Of a stretch of 64,000 nt of DNA, positions 37,481 through 47,246 are shown one piece after another. Position 1 is the stretch's first letter, and every line of letters starts with the position of its first letter. Under the pieces are notes generated by a model that was not told the origin of the DNA, made no database searches, and saw nothing but the letters and a program-made list of their open reading frames with translations. The DNA is from Aquimarina sp. (GTDB taxonomy: Bacteria; Bacteroidota; Bacteroidia; Flavobacteriales; Flavobacteriaceae), in the NCBI GenBank assembly GCA_965230845.1, contig OZ246021.1:57184-121183 (forward strand), given 5' to 3'. The position numbers were made by a program, and so were the translations under genes.

Positions 37481-38365
37481 ATGAATTATTATAAAACATT
37501 TTTACTATTGCTCTTTTTCGTAGTTCAGGTAGCCCCAGCTCAAACTGAACAAGATAGAAGAGAAGCCGAGATCATTAATATCCAGAGGGATATCGTAGCC
37601 AAACTTACTGGTCACGAACCTATCAAGGGTAAAAAGAAGCTAAGCAGTAGATTTACGAATGCCGAGAGAAAAGCGACGGCCGACTATTTACTAAATTCTT
37701 TAAAAGAAGCTGGTTTAAAGCCAGTGAAAGAAAATTATAACGTTCAGGATAAAAAGGGAAATCAATATAACGGAAACAATGTTTATGCTGAAATTCCTGC
37801 AACGAATGGTAGTGACGAATGGGTGTTAATTTGTGCGCACTACGATACGGTAGAAAATAGCCCTGGTGCGGTTCATAATGCTACTGGCGTAGCTATAGCT
37901 TACTATGTTGCCAAAAAAATAGCTGAACTAGAGACTAGAAACAAAAATTTTATGGTAGTATTCTTCGATCATTGGAAAAGCAATATGATCGGTACCAGAA
38001 TGTTTACCAAAAAATTACAAACCGATGGATATAATATACACTCTATGCACAGAGCGGATTATATGGGATGGGATAATGATGAAGATCGTGCCATTGAATT
38101 GTTGGCGTCTAACATTAGCTTAGAATCCTTATATCGTATCGAATCTCCGGTTCCGGTGTATAAGCGTGAAGTAGCTACTCCGGAAAGTAGATTCTTTTCT
38201 AACTTCGGTTACGAAACCGTTACCCTTACCGCAGAACTGAAAAACGCAGATAATTCTCCTTTTGTTAGACAAAGCGAGGACAAGTATACGACAGTGAATT
38301 TTAAATATTTGGCGTCAACTACAGAGATTACCTATAATGTAATGAAGGCATTAGCCACGGAATAA
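37481..38365 (+). CDS. M28 peptidase-fold protein with degenerate active site
   Basis: Signal peptide and CAHYDT motif present, but GAVHN, FFDHWKS and PFVRQSED replace the canonical GADDN, xEEx and YH. A TAAATTTG promoter box lies at 37441-37448. Confidence 0.8.
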   Translation: MNYYKTFLLLLFFVVQVAPAQTEQDRREAEIINIQRDIVAKLTGHEPIKGKKKLSSRFTNAERKATADYLLNSLKEAGLKPVKENYNVQDKKGNQYNGNNVYAEIPATNGSDEWVLICAHYDTVENSPGAVHNATGVAIAYYVAKKIAELETRNKNFMVVFFDHWKSNMIGTRMFTKKLQTDGYNIHSMHRADYMGWDNDEDRAIELLASNISLESLYRIESPVPVYKREVATPESRFFSNFGYETVTLTAELKNADNSPFVRQSEDKYTTVNFKYLASTTEITYNVMKALATE

Positions 38366-38398
38366 GAAAGATCGGAAAATTTTATAACGAAAGAGTTC

Positions 38399-39688
38399 TT
38401 ACCGCAGTAAGAACTCTTTTAGTTTTTGATAACTATCTATAGGAATGTTTTGTTTCTCTTTGTCTAGAACACTCTGAATCTGCTCAGGAATTTCTACAGT
38501 AACATCCAAGGTATCTTCTACGATATCAAGGAATTTTACAGGATGAGCGGTTTCCAGAAAAATACCGTAATCTGTTCCATTTAATTGATGTTCCTTTAAA
38601 CCTAAATACCCAACAGCACCGTGTGGATCGGTGATATATCCACTAGTATCAAATACACTTTTCATTGCCTCTTTGGTTTGCAGATCATCAAAACTATAGG
38701 CGGAGAAAGAATCCTTTAGTACTTCAAAGTTGTTGCCAAATAACTCTTGAATTCTAATAAAATTACTAGGGTTACCTACATCCATCGCATTTGATATGGT
38801 AGCTTTTGAAGGTTTAGGTTCGTACTTTTCTGTTTGTAAATAAGAAACAACGGTATCATTGATATTGGTAGAAGCTATAAAATGCTTTACCGGAAGACCT
38901 AATTTTTTGGCGACAATACCCGCACAGATGTTTCCAAAATTACCACTAGGTACCGAAAATGTAATTTCTTTTCCTTTGTGTTTTACCTGCTTATAGGCAA
39001 ACAAAAAGTATAACAATTGTGGAAGCCATCTGGCTACATTGATAGAATTTGCTGAAGTTAGTTGAACACTATCAGTAATACTAGTGTCTAGAAATGCAGT
39101 TTTGACCATATCCTGGCAATCGTCAAAAACGCCATCAACTTCTAATGCAGTAATGTTTTGGCCAAGAGTCGTTAACTGCCTTTCCTGAATGTCACTTACT
39201 TTTCCTTTAGGATAGAGAATTACAACTTCGACTCCCTCAACTCCTAAGAATCCTTTTGCTACGGCTCCTCCTGTATCGCCGGAAGTCGCCACCAAAACAG
39301 TAACCTTGTTTTTATTATGTTGATTAAAATAACCCAGGCACCTAGCCATAAAACGAGCACCCACATCTTTGAATGCCATGGTTGGCCCATGAAACAATTC
39401 TAATGTTCCTATGTTGTCCTGAATATCTACTACAGGGAAATCAAAACTCAAAACATCCTTTAAAATATCTTTGAGTTCTTCTTCAGGAATTTCATCACCT
39501 ACAAATTGTTGGATCGTCCGAAAAGCAATTTCAATGTTATCCAACGTATCGATAGTTTCAAAAAAACTATCGGGCAGGGGAGTTATGTTTTCTGGAAAAT
39601 ACAAGCCCCTATCTGGCGCCAAACCTTTGATAACAGCTTCAGAAAAAGAAACTTTTGGTGCGTTATGATTTAAACTATAATATAACAT
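38399..39688 (-). CDS. thrC: Threonine synthase
   Basis: ELFHGPTMAFKD, ATSGDTG, SANSINVARW and VPSGNFGN motifs. Confidence 0.97.
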   Translation of the reverse strand: MLYYSLNHNAPKVSFSEAVIKGLAPDRGLYFPENITPLPDSFFETIDTLDNIEIAFRTIQQFVGDEIPEEELKDILKDVLSFDFPVVDIQDNIGTLELFHGPTMAFKDVGARFMARCLGYFNQHNKNKVTVLVATSGDTGGAVAKGFLGVEGVEVVILYPKGKVSDIQERQLTTLGQNITALEVDGVFDDCQDMVKTAFLDTSITDSVQLTSANSINVARWLPQLLYFLFAYKQVKHKGKEITFSVPSGNFGNICAGIVAKKLGLPVKHFIASTNINDTVVSYLQTEKYEPKPSKATISNAMDVGNPSNFIRIQELFGNNFEVLKDSFSAYSFDDLQTKEAMKSVFDTSGYITDPHGAVGYLGLKEHQLNGTDYGIFLETAHPVKFLDIVEDTLDVTVEIPEQIQSVLDKEKQNIPIDSYQKLKEFLLR

Positions 39689-39699
39689 TTGTTTGTCGA

Positions 39700-40068
39700 T
39701 TAATGGTTGAGTACGGCCGAAAACTCTATCTCGACCAAAATTTCGGGATCAATGAGTTTAGCTACTTCTACAAGAGTAGCAACAGGTCGTATTTCTTTAA
39801 AAAATTCTCCGTGTGCTTTTCCTATCAATTCCCATTTTGAAATATCGGTACAGTACATCCTAGTGCGTACCACATTATTAAGGTCTGCTCCAAGATCCTT
39901 TAATGCTTGTTCGGCAATTTTGATAATACCTACAGTTTGCTCATATTCATTTGCTCCACTGGCTGTAGTTCCAGAAATTTCAATAATATCTCCTATTTTA
40001 ATAGCTCTTGAATATCCTACAATATCTTCCCAGGGAGCTCCAGTACTTATTTTCTTTATTTCTTTCAT
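39700..40068 (-). CDS. Rid (YjgF/YER057c/UK114) family protein lacking the catalytic Arg
   Basis: GYSRAIKIG, ISGT and LVEIE motifs; PVAT where RidA has PARS. Confidence 0.88.
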   Translation of the reverse strand: MKEIKKISTGAPWEDIVGYSRAIKIGDIIEISGTTASGANEYEQTVGIIKIAEQALKDLGADLNNVVRTRMYCTDISKWELIGKAHGEFFKEIRPVATLVEVAKLIDPEILVEIEFSAVLNH

Positions 40069-41003
40069 TATGAATCGATTATTTTAACGCCTTTATCATT
40101 GATTTTTGAAACATGAATATCAAACGCAAGTCCCGTGGTATCATACACTTCTCGAATTGCAGCAGCAACATGATTAGCTGTTTCAGTTCCTTTGCTAAGC
40201 GCAAAGATCGAAGGTCCAGATCCTGAAATCCCACACCCAAGAGCTCCTTTACTCATTGCAGCTTCTTTCACTGCATTAAATTCAGGTATCAGAATGGATC
40301 GCAATGGCTCAATGATAACATCCTCCAGGCTACGACCAATAAGACCATAATCCTCAGTATACAATCCGGCTACAAGCCCACCAACATTTCCCCACTGCCG
40401 AATCCCATCTTTGAGGGTGATATTAGATTTAATTACAGAACGAGAATCTGAAGTTTTTACCTCGATTTGTGGATGAATTACTGTCATCATTAAATCTTCT
40501 GGGGTATGTAATTTAATAACATCGAGAGGAGAGTAACTACGAACTAGTGTAAAGCCGCCCAACAGGGCAGGGGCTACATTATCTGCATGTGCATTACCAC
40601 TTGCCAGTTTTTCTCCTTCCATAGCAAAGGCAACAAGATCCTGAGGCGAAAAAGGATTGCCTAGCAAATGATTAACCGCCCAAACAGCTCCGGCACTACT
40701 GGCAGCACTGCTCCCAATACCACTTCCTGCTTTTATTTTTTTATAAATCTCTATATCTACTCCCAGGGGTTGATCGTACTTTTTAAGCAAAGCTTCGACA
40801 GCAACACCCGCTACATTTTTGTGTGTTTCGATAGGGAGATCAGCACCTTCAATTTTGGTGATTTTTACACCTGGATCTTCATGAACGGAAATCACCATTT
40901 CGTCACCTACAGTATCCAAACAACATCCTAACACATCAAATCCACAGGATAGGTTGGCTACAGTAGCAGGAGCGAATATTTTAATACGTTTGTTCATCTC
41001 CAC
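40068..41003 (-). CDS. thrB: Homoserine kinase
   Basis: PATVANLSCGFD, GSGIGSSAAS, HADNVAP and ISGSGPS motifs. Confidence 0.97.
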   Translation of the reverse strand: MEMNKRIKIFAPATVANLSCGFDVLGCCLDTVGDEMVISVHEDPGVKITKIEGADLPIETHKNVAGVAVEALLKKYDQPLGVDIEIYKKIKAGSGIGSSAASSAGAVWAVNHLLGNPFSPQDLVAFAMEGEKLASGNAHADNVAPALLGGFTLVRSYSPLDVIKLHTPEDLMMTVIHPQIEVKTSDSRSVIKSNITLKDGIRQWGNVGGLVAGLYTEDYGLIGRSLEDVIIEPLRSILIPEFNAVKEAAMSKGALGCGISGSGPSIFALSKGTETANHVAAAIREVYDTTGLAFDIHVSKINDKGVKIIDS

Positions 41004-43447
41004 TATTTTTTACCTATTCTAATGATATCTGCAAAAATTCCTGAAGCAGTTACATCTGCTCCGGCACCTGCTCCTTTAACGATAAGAGGCTGTTTAGGAT
41101 ACCTGTCTGTATAAAAAAGAACAATATTATCACTACCCTCAAGGTTGTAAAAAGGATGATCGGCAGGAATGAATTGTAATCCTACTTTTGCCGTACCATC
41201 TTCGTATTGTGCTACATATTTTAATCGACTATCTTTTGCATTGGCTTCCTCAAGTATAGATTTAAAATGAGATTCATTTCCAGTTAATGAGGTGAAAAAA
41301 TCTTCCACATTATTAGTTTCCAAACTATCTGTAGGTAAAAAAGAATCATTTTCAATATCTTCTAGTTCCATGATTTTACCACTTTCTCTGGCTAGAATCA
41401 GAATTTTACGAGCTACATCAACACCACTTAGATCAATTTTTGGATCAGGCTCGGTATATCCTTCTTGCTGTGCTTGTTTTACTATATCATGAAAGGTAAC
41501 ACCTTCTTTGTAATTGTTGAAAACAAAATTGAGACTTCCAGATAAGACTGCCTGTATTTTGTGAATATTATCCCCAGAAGCAATAAGATTATTGAGTGTG
41601 TCTATAATCGGCAAACCAGCACCTACATTGGTTTCGTACAAGAACGAAGCATTAAATTTTCTCGATAGGTTTTTCAACTCTTCATAGTTGTTATACTCGT
41701 CGGCACAAGCAATTTTGTTACAGGTCACCACCGCCATACTTTCGGCCAGATAATATTTGTAAATTTTTGCAATGTCTGGGTTAGCTGTATTATCAACGAA
41801 TATAGAGTTTCGTAGGTTCATTTCCTTTGCTTTTTCAAAAAATGCCTTAGCATCTGCCTTTTCTCCGTTGGCAAGCGCTTCTTCCCATTGATCTAAAGCA
41901 ATACCTCCTTCATCAAAAATCATTTTTCGAGAATTCGACATACCGACCACTCTAATTTTTAGTCTTAGTTTATCTTTAAGATATTTTTTCTGCTGATCTA
42001 GCTGTTCTAATAATTTACTTCCTACATTTCCGACACCAGTAACAAACAAGTTTAATTGTTTTGTTTTTACCTCAAAGAATCTTTCGTGTAACGTATTCAG
42101 TGCTTTTTTGATATCTTTTTCTTCGATGACTACAGAAATATTTTTTTCTGAAGCTCCTTGAGCAATGGCTCTAATGTTGACATTGTTTTTTCCTAAAGTG
42201 CTAAACATTTTACCACTCAATCCCTGATGAGAATACATATTATCTCCAACAAGTGCGACAATGGCTGCCTTGTTTTCAATTTTTACAGGATCTAATCTCT
42301 TTTTTGCGATCTCAAACTCAAAAGTAGTATCCAAAACTGTTTTGGCTTTTGAAGCTTCAGATGCTTCTATCGCCAAACAGATAGAATGTTCTGAGGATGC
42401 TTGAGTGATGAGAATCACATTGATGTTATTAAGAAATAGCGTTTCGAACAAACGTTTTGAAAAACCTGGAATACCCACCATACCACTACCTTCCAAAGAG
42501 ATGATGGAGATGTTATCAATATGACTAATCCCTGTAACTGGTTTTTCCCGGTCCGAGACTTCTCTTGTGATTAATGTCCCTTTAACTTCGGGTTCGAAAG
42601 TGTTTTTGATAACTATAGGGATATTTTTATCCAATACCGGGTGAATAGTTGGTGGATAAATCACCTTCGCTCCAAAATGAGAGAGCTCCATAGCTTCATG
42701 ATATGAAATATGAGCTACTGGTTTGGCTTGTTTTACCAATTTTGGATTAGCGGTGTACATCCCACTTACATCTGTCCAGATTTGTAACTCATTGGCATCC
42801 ATTGCAGCAGCCAGAATTGCAGCAGTAAAATCGGATCCTCCTCTTCCTAGAGTAGTGGGTTCTCCATCTTGTGTTCTAGCCACAAATCCTGGAAACAGAC
42901 ATACCTTGTGTTTTGTAACAGAAGCGAACTTTTGAATCCTTTGATTGGTTTCTTTGTAATCTATAGAAACTTTTGAGTTTACAGTTTTAACAATCAGGTC
43001 TCTTGAATCCTTTAGAAGAATATCAAGCCCTTTTACTTTAGCCGCTTCAGATATAATATAAGAAGACAACATTTCACCAAAACTTGAAATTACCGAAGCA
43101 GTTTTTTCAGACAATTCACTTAATAGAAATACTCCTTCACAAAGAGATTCTAGCGCATTAAGTTCAGATTTTACTTTACTGATAATAGCACTTTGAGAAG
43201 TGATAGGAATTAATTCTTTTATGGCATCAAAATGCCTTTGCTCGATAGTAGCAAGCGTTTGTTTATATGCTTCATTATTGTTTGAGGCTTCTTCTCCTGC
43301 CTGTAATAATAGGTCTGTAATTCCTCCCATCGCAGATACTACCACATACAAAGGTGTGGTAGAAGATTGGTTTTCAATGATATGAATTACCTTTTCTATG
43401 GTAGCCGCATTGGCTACAGACGAACCTCCAAATTTTAGAACGTTCAT
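41003..43447 (-). CDS. thrA: Bifunctional aspartokinase/homoserine dehydrogenase I
   Basis: LKFGGSSV, LGRGGSD, two ACT domains, GVGNVG, YETNVGAGLP and GAGADVTA motifs. Confidence 0.98.
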   Translation of the reverse strand: MNVLKFGGSSVANAATIEKVIHIIENQSSTTPLYVVVSAMGGITDLLLQAGEEASNNNEAYKQTLATIEQRHFDAIKELIPITSQSAIISKVKSELNALESLCEGVFLLSELSEKTASVISSFGEMLSSYIISEAAKVKGLDILLKDSRDLIVKTVNSKVSIDYKETNQRIQKFASVTKHKVCLFPGFVARTQDGEPTTLGRGGSDFTAAILAAAMDANELQIWTDVSGMYTANPKLVKQAKPVAHISYHEAMELSHFGAKVIYPPTIHPVLDKNIPIVIKNTFEPEVKGTLITREVSDREKPVTGISHIDNISIISLEGSGMVGIPGFSKRLFETLFLNNINVILITQASSEHSICLAIEASEASKAKTVLDTTFEFEIAKKRLDPVKIENKAAIVALVGDNMYSHQGLSGKMFSTLGKNNVNIRAIAQGASEKNISVVIEEKDIKKALNTLHERFFEVKTKQLNLFVTGVGNVGSKLLEQLDQQKKYLKDKLRLKIRVVGMSNSRKMIFDEGGIALDQWEEALANGEKADAKAFFEKAKEMNLRNSIFVDNTANPDIAKIYKYYLAESMAVVTCNKIACADEYNNYEELKNLSRKFNASFLYETNVGAGLPIIDTLNNLIASGDNIHKIQAVLSGSLNFVFNNYKEGVTFHDIVKQAQQEGYTEPDPKIDLSGVDVARKILILARESGKIMELEDIENDSFLPTDSLETNNVEDFFTSLTGNESHFKSILEEANAKDSRLKYVAQYEDGTAKVGLQFIPADHPFYNLEGSDNIVLFYTDRYPKQPLIVKGAGAGADVTASGIFADIIRIGKK

Positions 43448-43545
43448 AATATGTTTTTTAGATTGAAATAAAAGTAATAAAGCTTAATTTTCGGTAGCTT
43501 AATCTTAATAAACTACGTACTCTTTCTGTGGTGATATATAATGTA

Positions 43546-43650
43546 TTAACCCCTAGGGGTAATAATAGTACCCGTGATAGAAGTTCTCCCAGAAAGGGTA
43601 ATCATTTCTAACCTAATCCATGAAGCCGAGATGTAAACGGTACTTAACAT
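43546..43650 (-). CDS. Putative Thr/Ile-rich thr operon leader peptide (34 aa; 19 aa from the second ATG at 43605)
   Basis: MLSTVYISASWIRLEMITLSGRTSITGTIITPRG-stop, lying between a TACATTTG promoter box (43674-43681) and thrA. Confidence 0.7.
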   Translation of the reverse strand: MLSTVYISASWIRLEMITLSGRTSITGTIITPRG

Positions 43651-43673
43651 TAGTTTGCTTTATATTATAAGTT

Positions 43674-43681
43674 CAAATGTA
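43674..43681 (-). promoter_or_regulatory. -7 promoter box (TACATTTG) for the thr leader/operon
   Basis: Exact TAnnTTTG match on the minus strand. Confidence 0.65.
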
Positions 43682-43797
43682 TAATTTTTTACTTTTAGAG
43701 AAAATTAAATTAGAACTATCCTTAAACTTTTGTTAATTCAATAATATAGGTATAGTTTCGTTGTAGAATTCTCAAAAAAAATAAGCAAAGCAAGCTC

Positions 43798-45333
43798 ATG
43801 AAAATATTTTCAGCATCACAAATGCGTATGGCAGACGAAGTTACCATAAAATCAGAGAAAATAACTTCTTTAGAATTAATGGAACGGGCTGCAGGTCAAA
43901 TTTTTAATCTTTTGCATCATCGATTACAAGGAGCACAAATACCTATCCATGTGTTTTGTGGTATAGGAAATAATGGAGGAGATGGATTGGTGATTTCAAG
44001 ATTATTAGTAGAACATGGTTATAATGTAAAAACCTACATTGTTAATTTTAGTGAGAATCGATCCAAAGATTTTCTGGTGAATTATGATCGATTAAAGGAA
44101 ATATCAAAAGAATGGCCTTTCCAAATTAAATCTGAGGAAGATTTTCCTACGGTTCAATACCAGGATATGGTGATAGACGCCATCTTTGGGATTGGGTTAA
44201 ATAGACCGTTGGTACCTTGGGTGACCCAGCTTATTAAACATATCAATAATGCACGTTGTTTTACGCTTTCTGTTGATATCCCTTCAGGTTTGTACGACTA
44301 CAAAAAACCTGATGATCCTGAAGGAGTTATTTTTGCAGATGTAACGGTCACTTTTCAATTACCTAAGTTGGTCTTTTTCTTACCGCAAACTGGAGGTTAT
44401 ACTAAAGAGATAGAGGTAATTGATATAGGATTAGATCGAAATTTTTTGCATCAGACACCCGGTATTGCAGAGTTGATTAACAAAAATGAGGTAGTTCCTT
44501 TATACCGTTCTCGACATAAATATAGTCATAAAGGTACTTTTGGACATTGTGTATTGATTGGAGGAAGTTATGGTAAGATAGGAAGTATGGTATTGGCCAC
44601 CAAAGCAGCTTTAAAAATGGGAGCAGGTTTGGCTACTGCTTATGTTCCCGAATGTGGATATGAAGTATTACAAACCACTGTGCCAGAAGCCATGGTGATT
44701 ACCGATAGTGATGATGAGCTGGAAGAGATCAATTTGGATTTTGAACCATCTGCAGTTGGTATAGGAATGGGGTTGGGAACCGATGAGAAAACGATTAAAG
44801 CGTTTGAAGAGTTTTTGAAGGAAAATAAAGCTCCTATGGTTATTGATGCTGATGCTATCAATTGTATGGCCAAAAGACCTGAGCTTTTAGAACATCTTCC
44901 TTTGCAAACTATTATTACACCACATCCTAAAGAGCTGGAACGTTTAATAGGAAAATGGGAGGATGATTTTGACAAAATAAGAAAAGCACAGGAGTTTTCT
45001 GCTAAGCATCGTTGTGTTCTTATAATAAAAGGAGCTAACTCTGTCATTATATATGAAGATCAAATGTATGTTAATAATTCTGGGAATCCCGGTATGGCTA
45101 CGGCTGGTAGTGGAGATGTGCTAACAGGAATGCTTACTGGACTTTTGTCACAAGGATATGATCCAATTCGCGCAGCGGTGTTAGGCACCTATTTACATGG
45201 TAGTGCTGGAGACCTGATTGCTCAAAAAAATGGCTTTGAAGCGTTAATTGCTGGAGATATCGTGAATAATATTGGTCAGGCTTATTTGGAGTTGTTTAGG
45301 CAGCCACAGCAAAAGGCACAAGAACAAAAATGA
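43798..45333 (+). CDS. nnr: NAD(P)H-hydrate epimerase/dehydratase
   Basis: LMERAA, GNNGGDG, DIPSG, HKGTFG, DADA, TPHPKE and ATAGSGDVL motifs. Confidence 0.96.
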   Translation: MKIFSASQMRMADEVTIKSEKITSLELMERAAGQIFNLLHHRLQGAQIPIHVFCGIGNNGGDGLVISRLLVEHGYNVKTYIVNFSENRSKDFLVNYDRLKEISKEWPFQIKSEEDFPTVQYQDMVIDAIFGIGLNRPLVPWVTQLIKHINNARCFTLSVDIPSGLYDYKKPDDPEGVIFADVTVTFQLPKLVFFLPQTGGYTKEIEVIDIGLDRNFLHQTPGIAELINKNEVVPLYRSRHKYSHKGTFGHCVLIGGSYGKIGSMVLATKAALKMGAGLATAYVPECGYEVLQTTVPEAMVITDSDDELEEINLDFEPSAVGIGMGLGTDEKTIKAFEEFLKENKAPMVIDADAINCMAKRPELLEHLPLQTIITPHPKELERLIGKWEDDFDKIRKAQEFSAKHRCVLIIKGANSVIIYEDQMYVNNSGNPGMATAGSGDVLTGMLTGLLSQGYDPIRAAVLGTYLHGSAGDLIAQKNGFEALIAGDIVNNIGQAYLELFRQPQQKAQEQK

Positions 45334-45349
45334 TCAAAATATAGAGTAT

Positions 45350-46297
45350 TTACTTTTGCTCAAATGATAACAGGAAAAAGCCTTTGAATAACTCTTGAGC
45401 TTTTTCTTTTTCTACCCCAGAGATTGGATTGTTATCTAATAATAATCCCGCTAAGGGATATTTTTCAGTGCTATAAACCTCAGGAATCATGCTTATTTGA
45501 TTGTTATTCATATGTACCATAAACAATCCTGGGATTTCGGTAAAAACCGGAGGCAATTCTTCGAACTTATTGTATCCTCCATGAATCACCCATACCTTTC
45601 TCATGTCTTTCATGGTCGCAGGTAGCCGAGATAATTCATTATGATCAATATATAAGAAACGTACTTGATCAAGTTCCCCTATAGTTTCTGGGAGTTCTTT
45701 TATTTTATTATGATCCAACCATAGCGAATATAATTTTGGAAGTTTTGCTAAGAATTCAAAATTTTGAGTTCCTTCTAAATGGTTGTATGATAAATTCAGA
45801 TCTTTAATCGATTTTAGCTCCACTATATTTTCTGGTAGCGTTTTGATATTATTTTGTTTCAGATTGAGAAAATCTAAGGAAAGTCCAGACAATACATTAA
45901 AGGACTGCTTCCAATCAAGATCTGGATTGTTTACCAACGATAGTTGAGATAGATTAGTAAGCTTTCCTAAGGATTTGGGCAATCGATTGATATCCATACT
46001 ATCCATAATTAGAATGCTTAGTTCTTTATTTTCAGTGATTGTTTTGAATACTTCTTCAAGATCCAGGTTTGGATTATTACTGATGTTCAGCATTCTTAGG
46101 TTTGATAATCCTTGAACCTCTTTGGGTAATACACTTAAGTTTTGACCACTTAAATTAAGTCTATAGATCTTTTCTTGTTTACTATTTTCAGTAATGGAAT
46201 TGTGCGTTTTCTTATAGAAACTTTTGTAGGTATTACAACCACTTAGTACGGATAATAGCCCGAGAATTAATAGATATGTATGCCTAACCTTAATCAT
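45350..46297 (-). CDS. Leucine-rich repeat lipoprotein
   Basis: Lipobox LSGC; about 10 LxxLxLxxN-type repeats (e.g. LWLDHNKIKELPETIGEL). Confidence 0.9.
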   Translation of the reverse strand: MIKVRHTYLLILGLLSVLSGCNTYKSFYKKTHNSITENSKQEKIYRLNLSGQNLSVLPKEVQGLSNLRMLNISNNPNLDLEEVFKTITENKELSILIMDSMDINRLPKSLGKLTNLSQLSLVNNPDLDWKQSFNVLSGLSLDFLNLKQNNIKTLPENIVELKSIKDLNLSYNHLEGTQNFEFLAKLPKLYSLWLDHNKIKELPETIGELDQVRFLYIDHNELSRLPATMKDMRKVWVIHGGYNKFEELPPVFTEIPGLFMVHMNNNQISMIPEVYSTEKYPLAGLLLDNNPISGVEKEKAQELFKGFFLLSFEQK

Positions 46298-47243
46298 TCG
46301 TTACATTTTTGTATAAAGCGTTTCCTGAAATTTCTATATAAATTTTGTCCTTGGTATCCACTGCCCATGGGAAACGAGGATTCAAACCTATACCATCGTG
46401 TAAGGTATTTTGAATAAAAGCACCAGCTTTTTGACTGTTGATTCCTAGTTTGGAGTGTACACTATAATATTCATCCTGATACGTTCCATAGGCGTATAAA
46501 TTTCCATAAAATAAATCTTTGAAAGGAGGTAAGGTATACCAAACATTTTTACGTCCATCATCAGAGTTTATAGGATTTCTTGGCGATCTGCTATAATCGG
46601 GACGAGCGGTGAATATATCTACACCCAAACCGACCTGATAAATGGTATTTGGATTTTCAATTTTGGTAAATCCAACGTTTAAACTACCGGTCACTCCATA
46701 ATCTGTTCCAGCGCCATTAAACCATCCGATTTTAAAATCATTCATAAATGCAAAATGAATATTATGATTAGCATTACTAAAGCGCATTAATAGTGCACCT
46801 CTCTTTAACCCATAGGATTTTAATTCTTTGGGTAAATGATCTTTACTGAAACCAAAACCTAATCCGTTAAAACCTCCTTTTCCTGTGGGATTGAAGATGA
46901 TCGCAGTACTTGTATTAGAAACCGCTGATCCTAATAAATTGGTGTTTTTACCAATACCTCCCAAACCGAAAAACTCATAAGAATAGGCCAATCCAGAAGT
47001 TTTTTTGGTGTGTCTTTTTATGAATTGATAGATTGTAAGAGAGACACCGCTTTCTACAGAAAGATCACCATAATTCATAGTCCCAAATCCAAATACACCA
47101 AGTTTTAACCATTGATTCTGGTTTCCGAGTGTAATCTCTGCCTGTAGTAAGATTCCGCCATCAATATTTAGATTTTGAGCGTACAGCGATTGATTTAAGA
47201 GAATAAAAAAGAGTGCTATAAACCTTAAACAAATCACTTTCAT
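46290..47243 (-). CDS. Hypothetical exported beta-rich protein (possible Ntox23-like toxin domain)
   Basis: Signal peptide ending LYAQ; Gly/aromatic-rich; MNDF and IQNTLHD motifs; overlaps the LRR gene start. Confidence 0.6.
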   Translation of the reverse strand: MKVICLRFIALFFILLNQSLYAQNLNIDGGILLQAEITLGNQNQWLKLGVFGFGTMNYGDLSVESGVSLTIYQFIKRHTKKTSGLAYSYEFFGLGGIGKNTNLLGSAVSNTSTAIIFNPTGKGGFNGLGFGFSKDHLPKELKSYGLKRGALLMRFSNANHNIHFAFMNDFKIGWFNGAGTDYGVTGSLNVGFTKIENPNTIYQVGLGVDIFTARPDYSRSPRNPINSDDGRKNVWYTLPPFKDLFYGNLYAYGTYQDEYYSVHSKLGINSQKAGAFIQNTLHDGIGLNPRFPWAVDTKDKIYIEISGNALYKNVTND

Positions 47244-47246
47244 AAA

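Noticed and set aside
39707-40087. 126-aa plus-strand ORF, and similar antisense ORFs at 14610-14924, 28560-28898, 30420-30809, 44640-45047 and 63082-63363
   Set aside because: Exact antisense to well-supported genes; Ser/Ile/Pro-rich composition typical of reverse-frame shadows.
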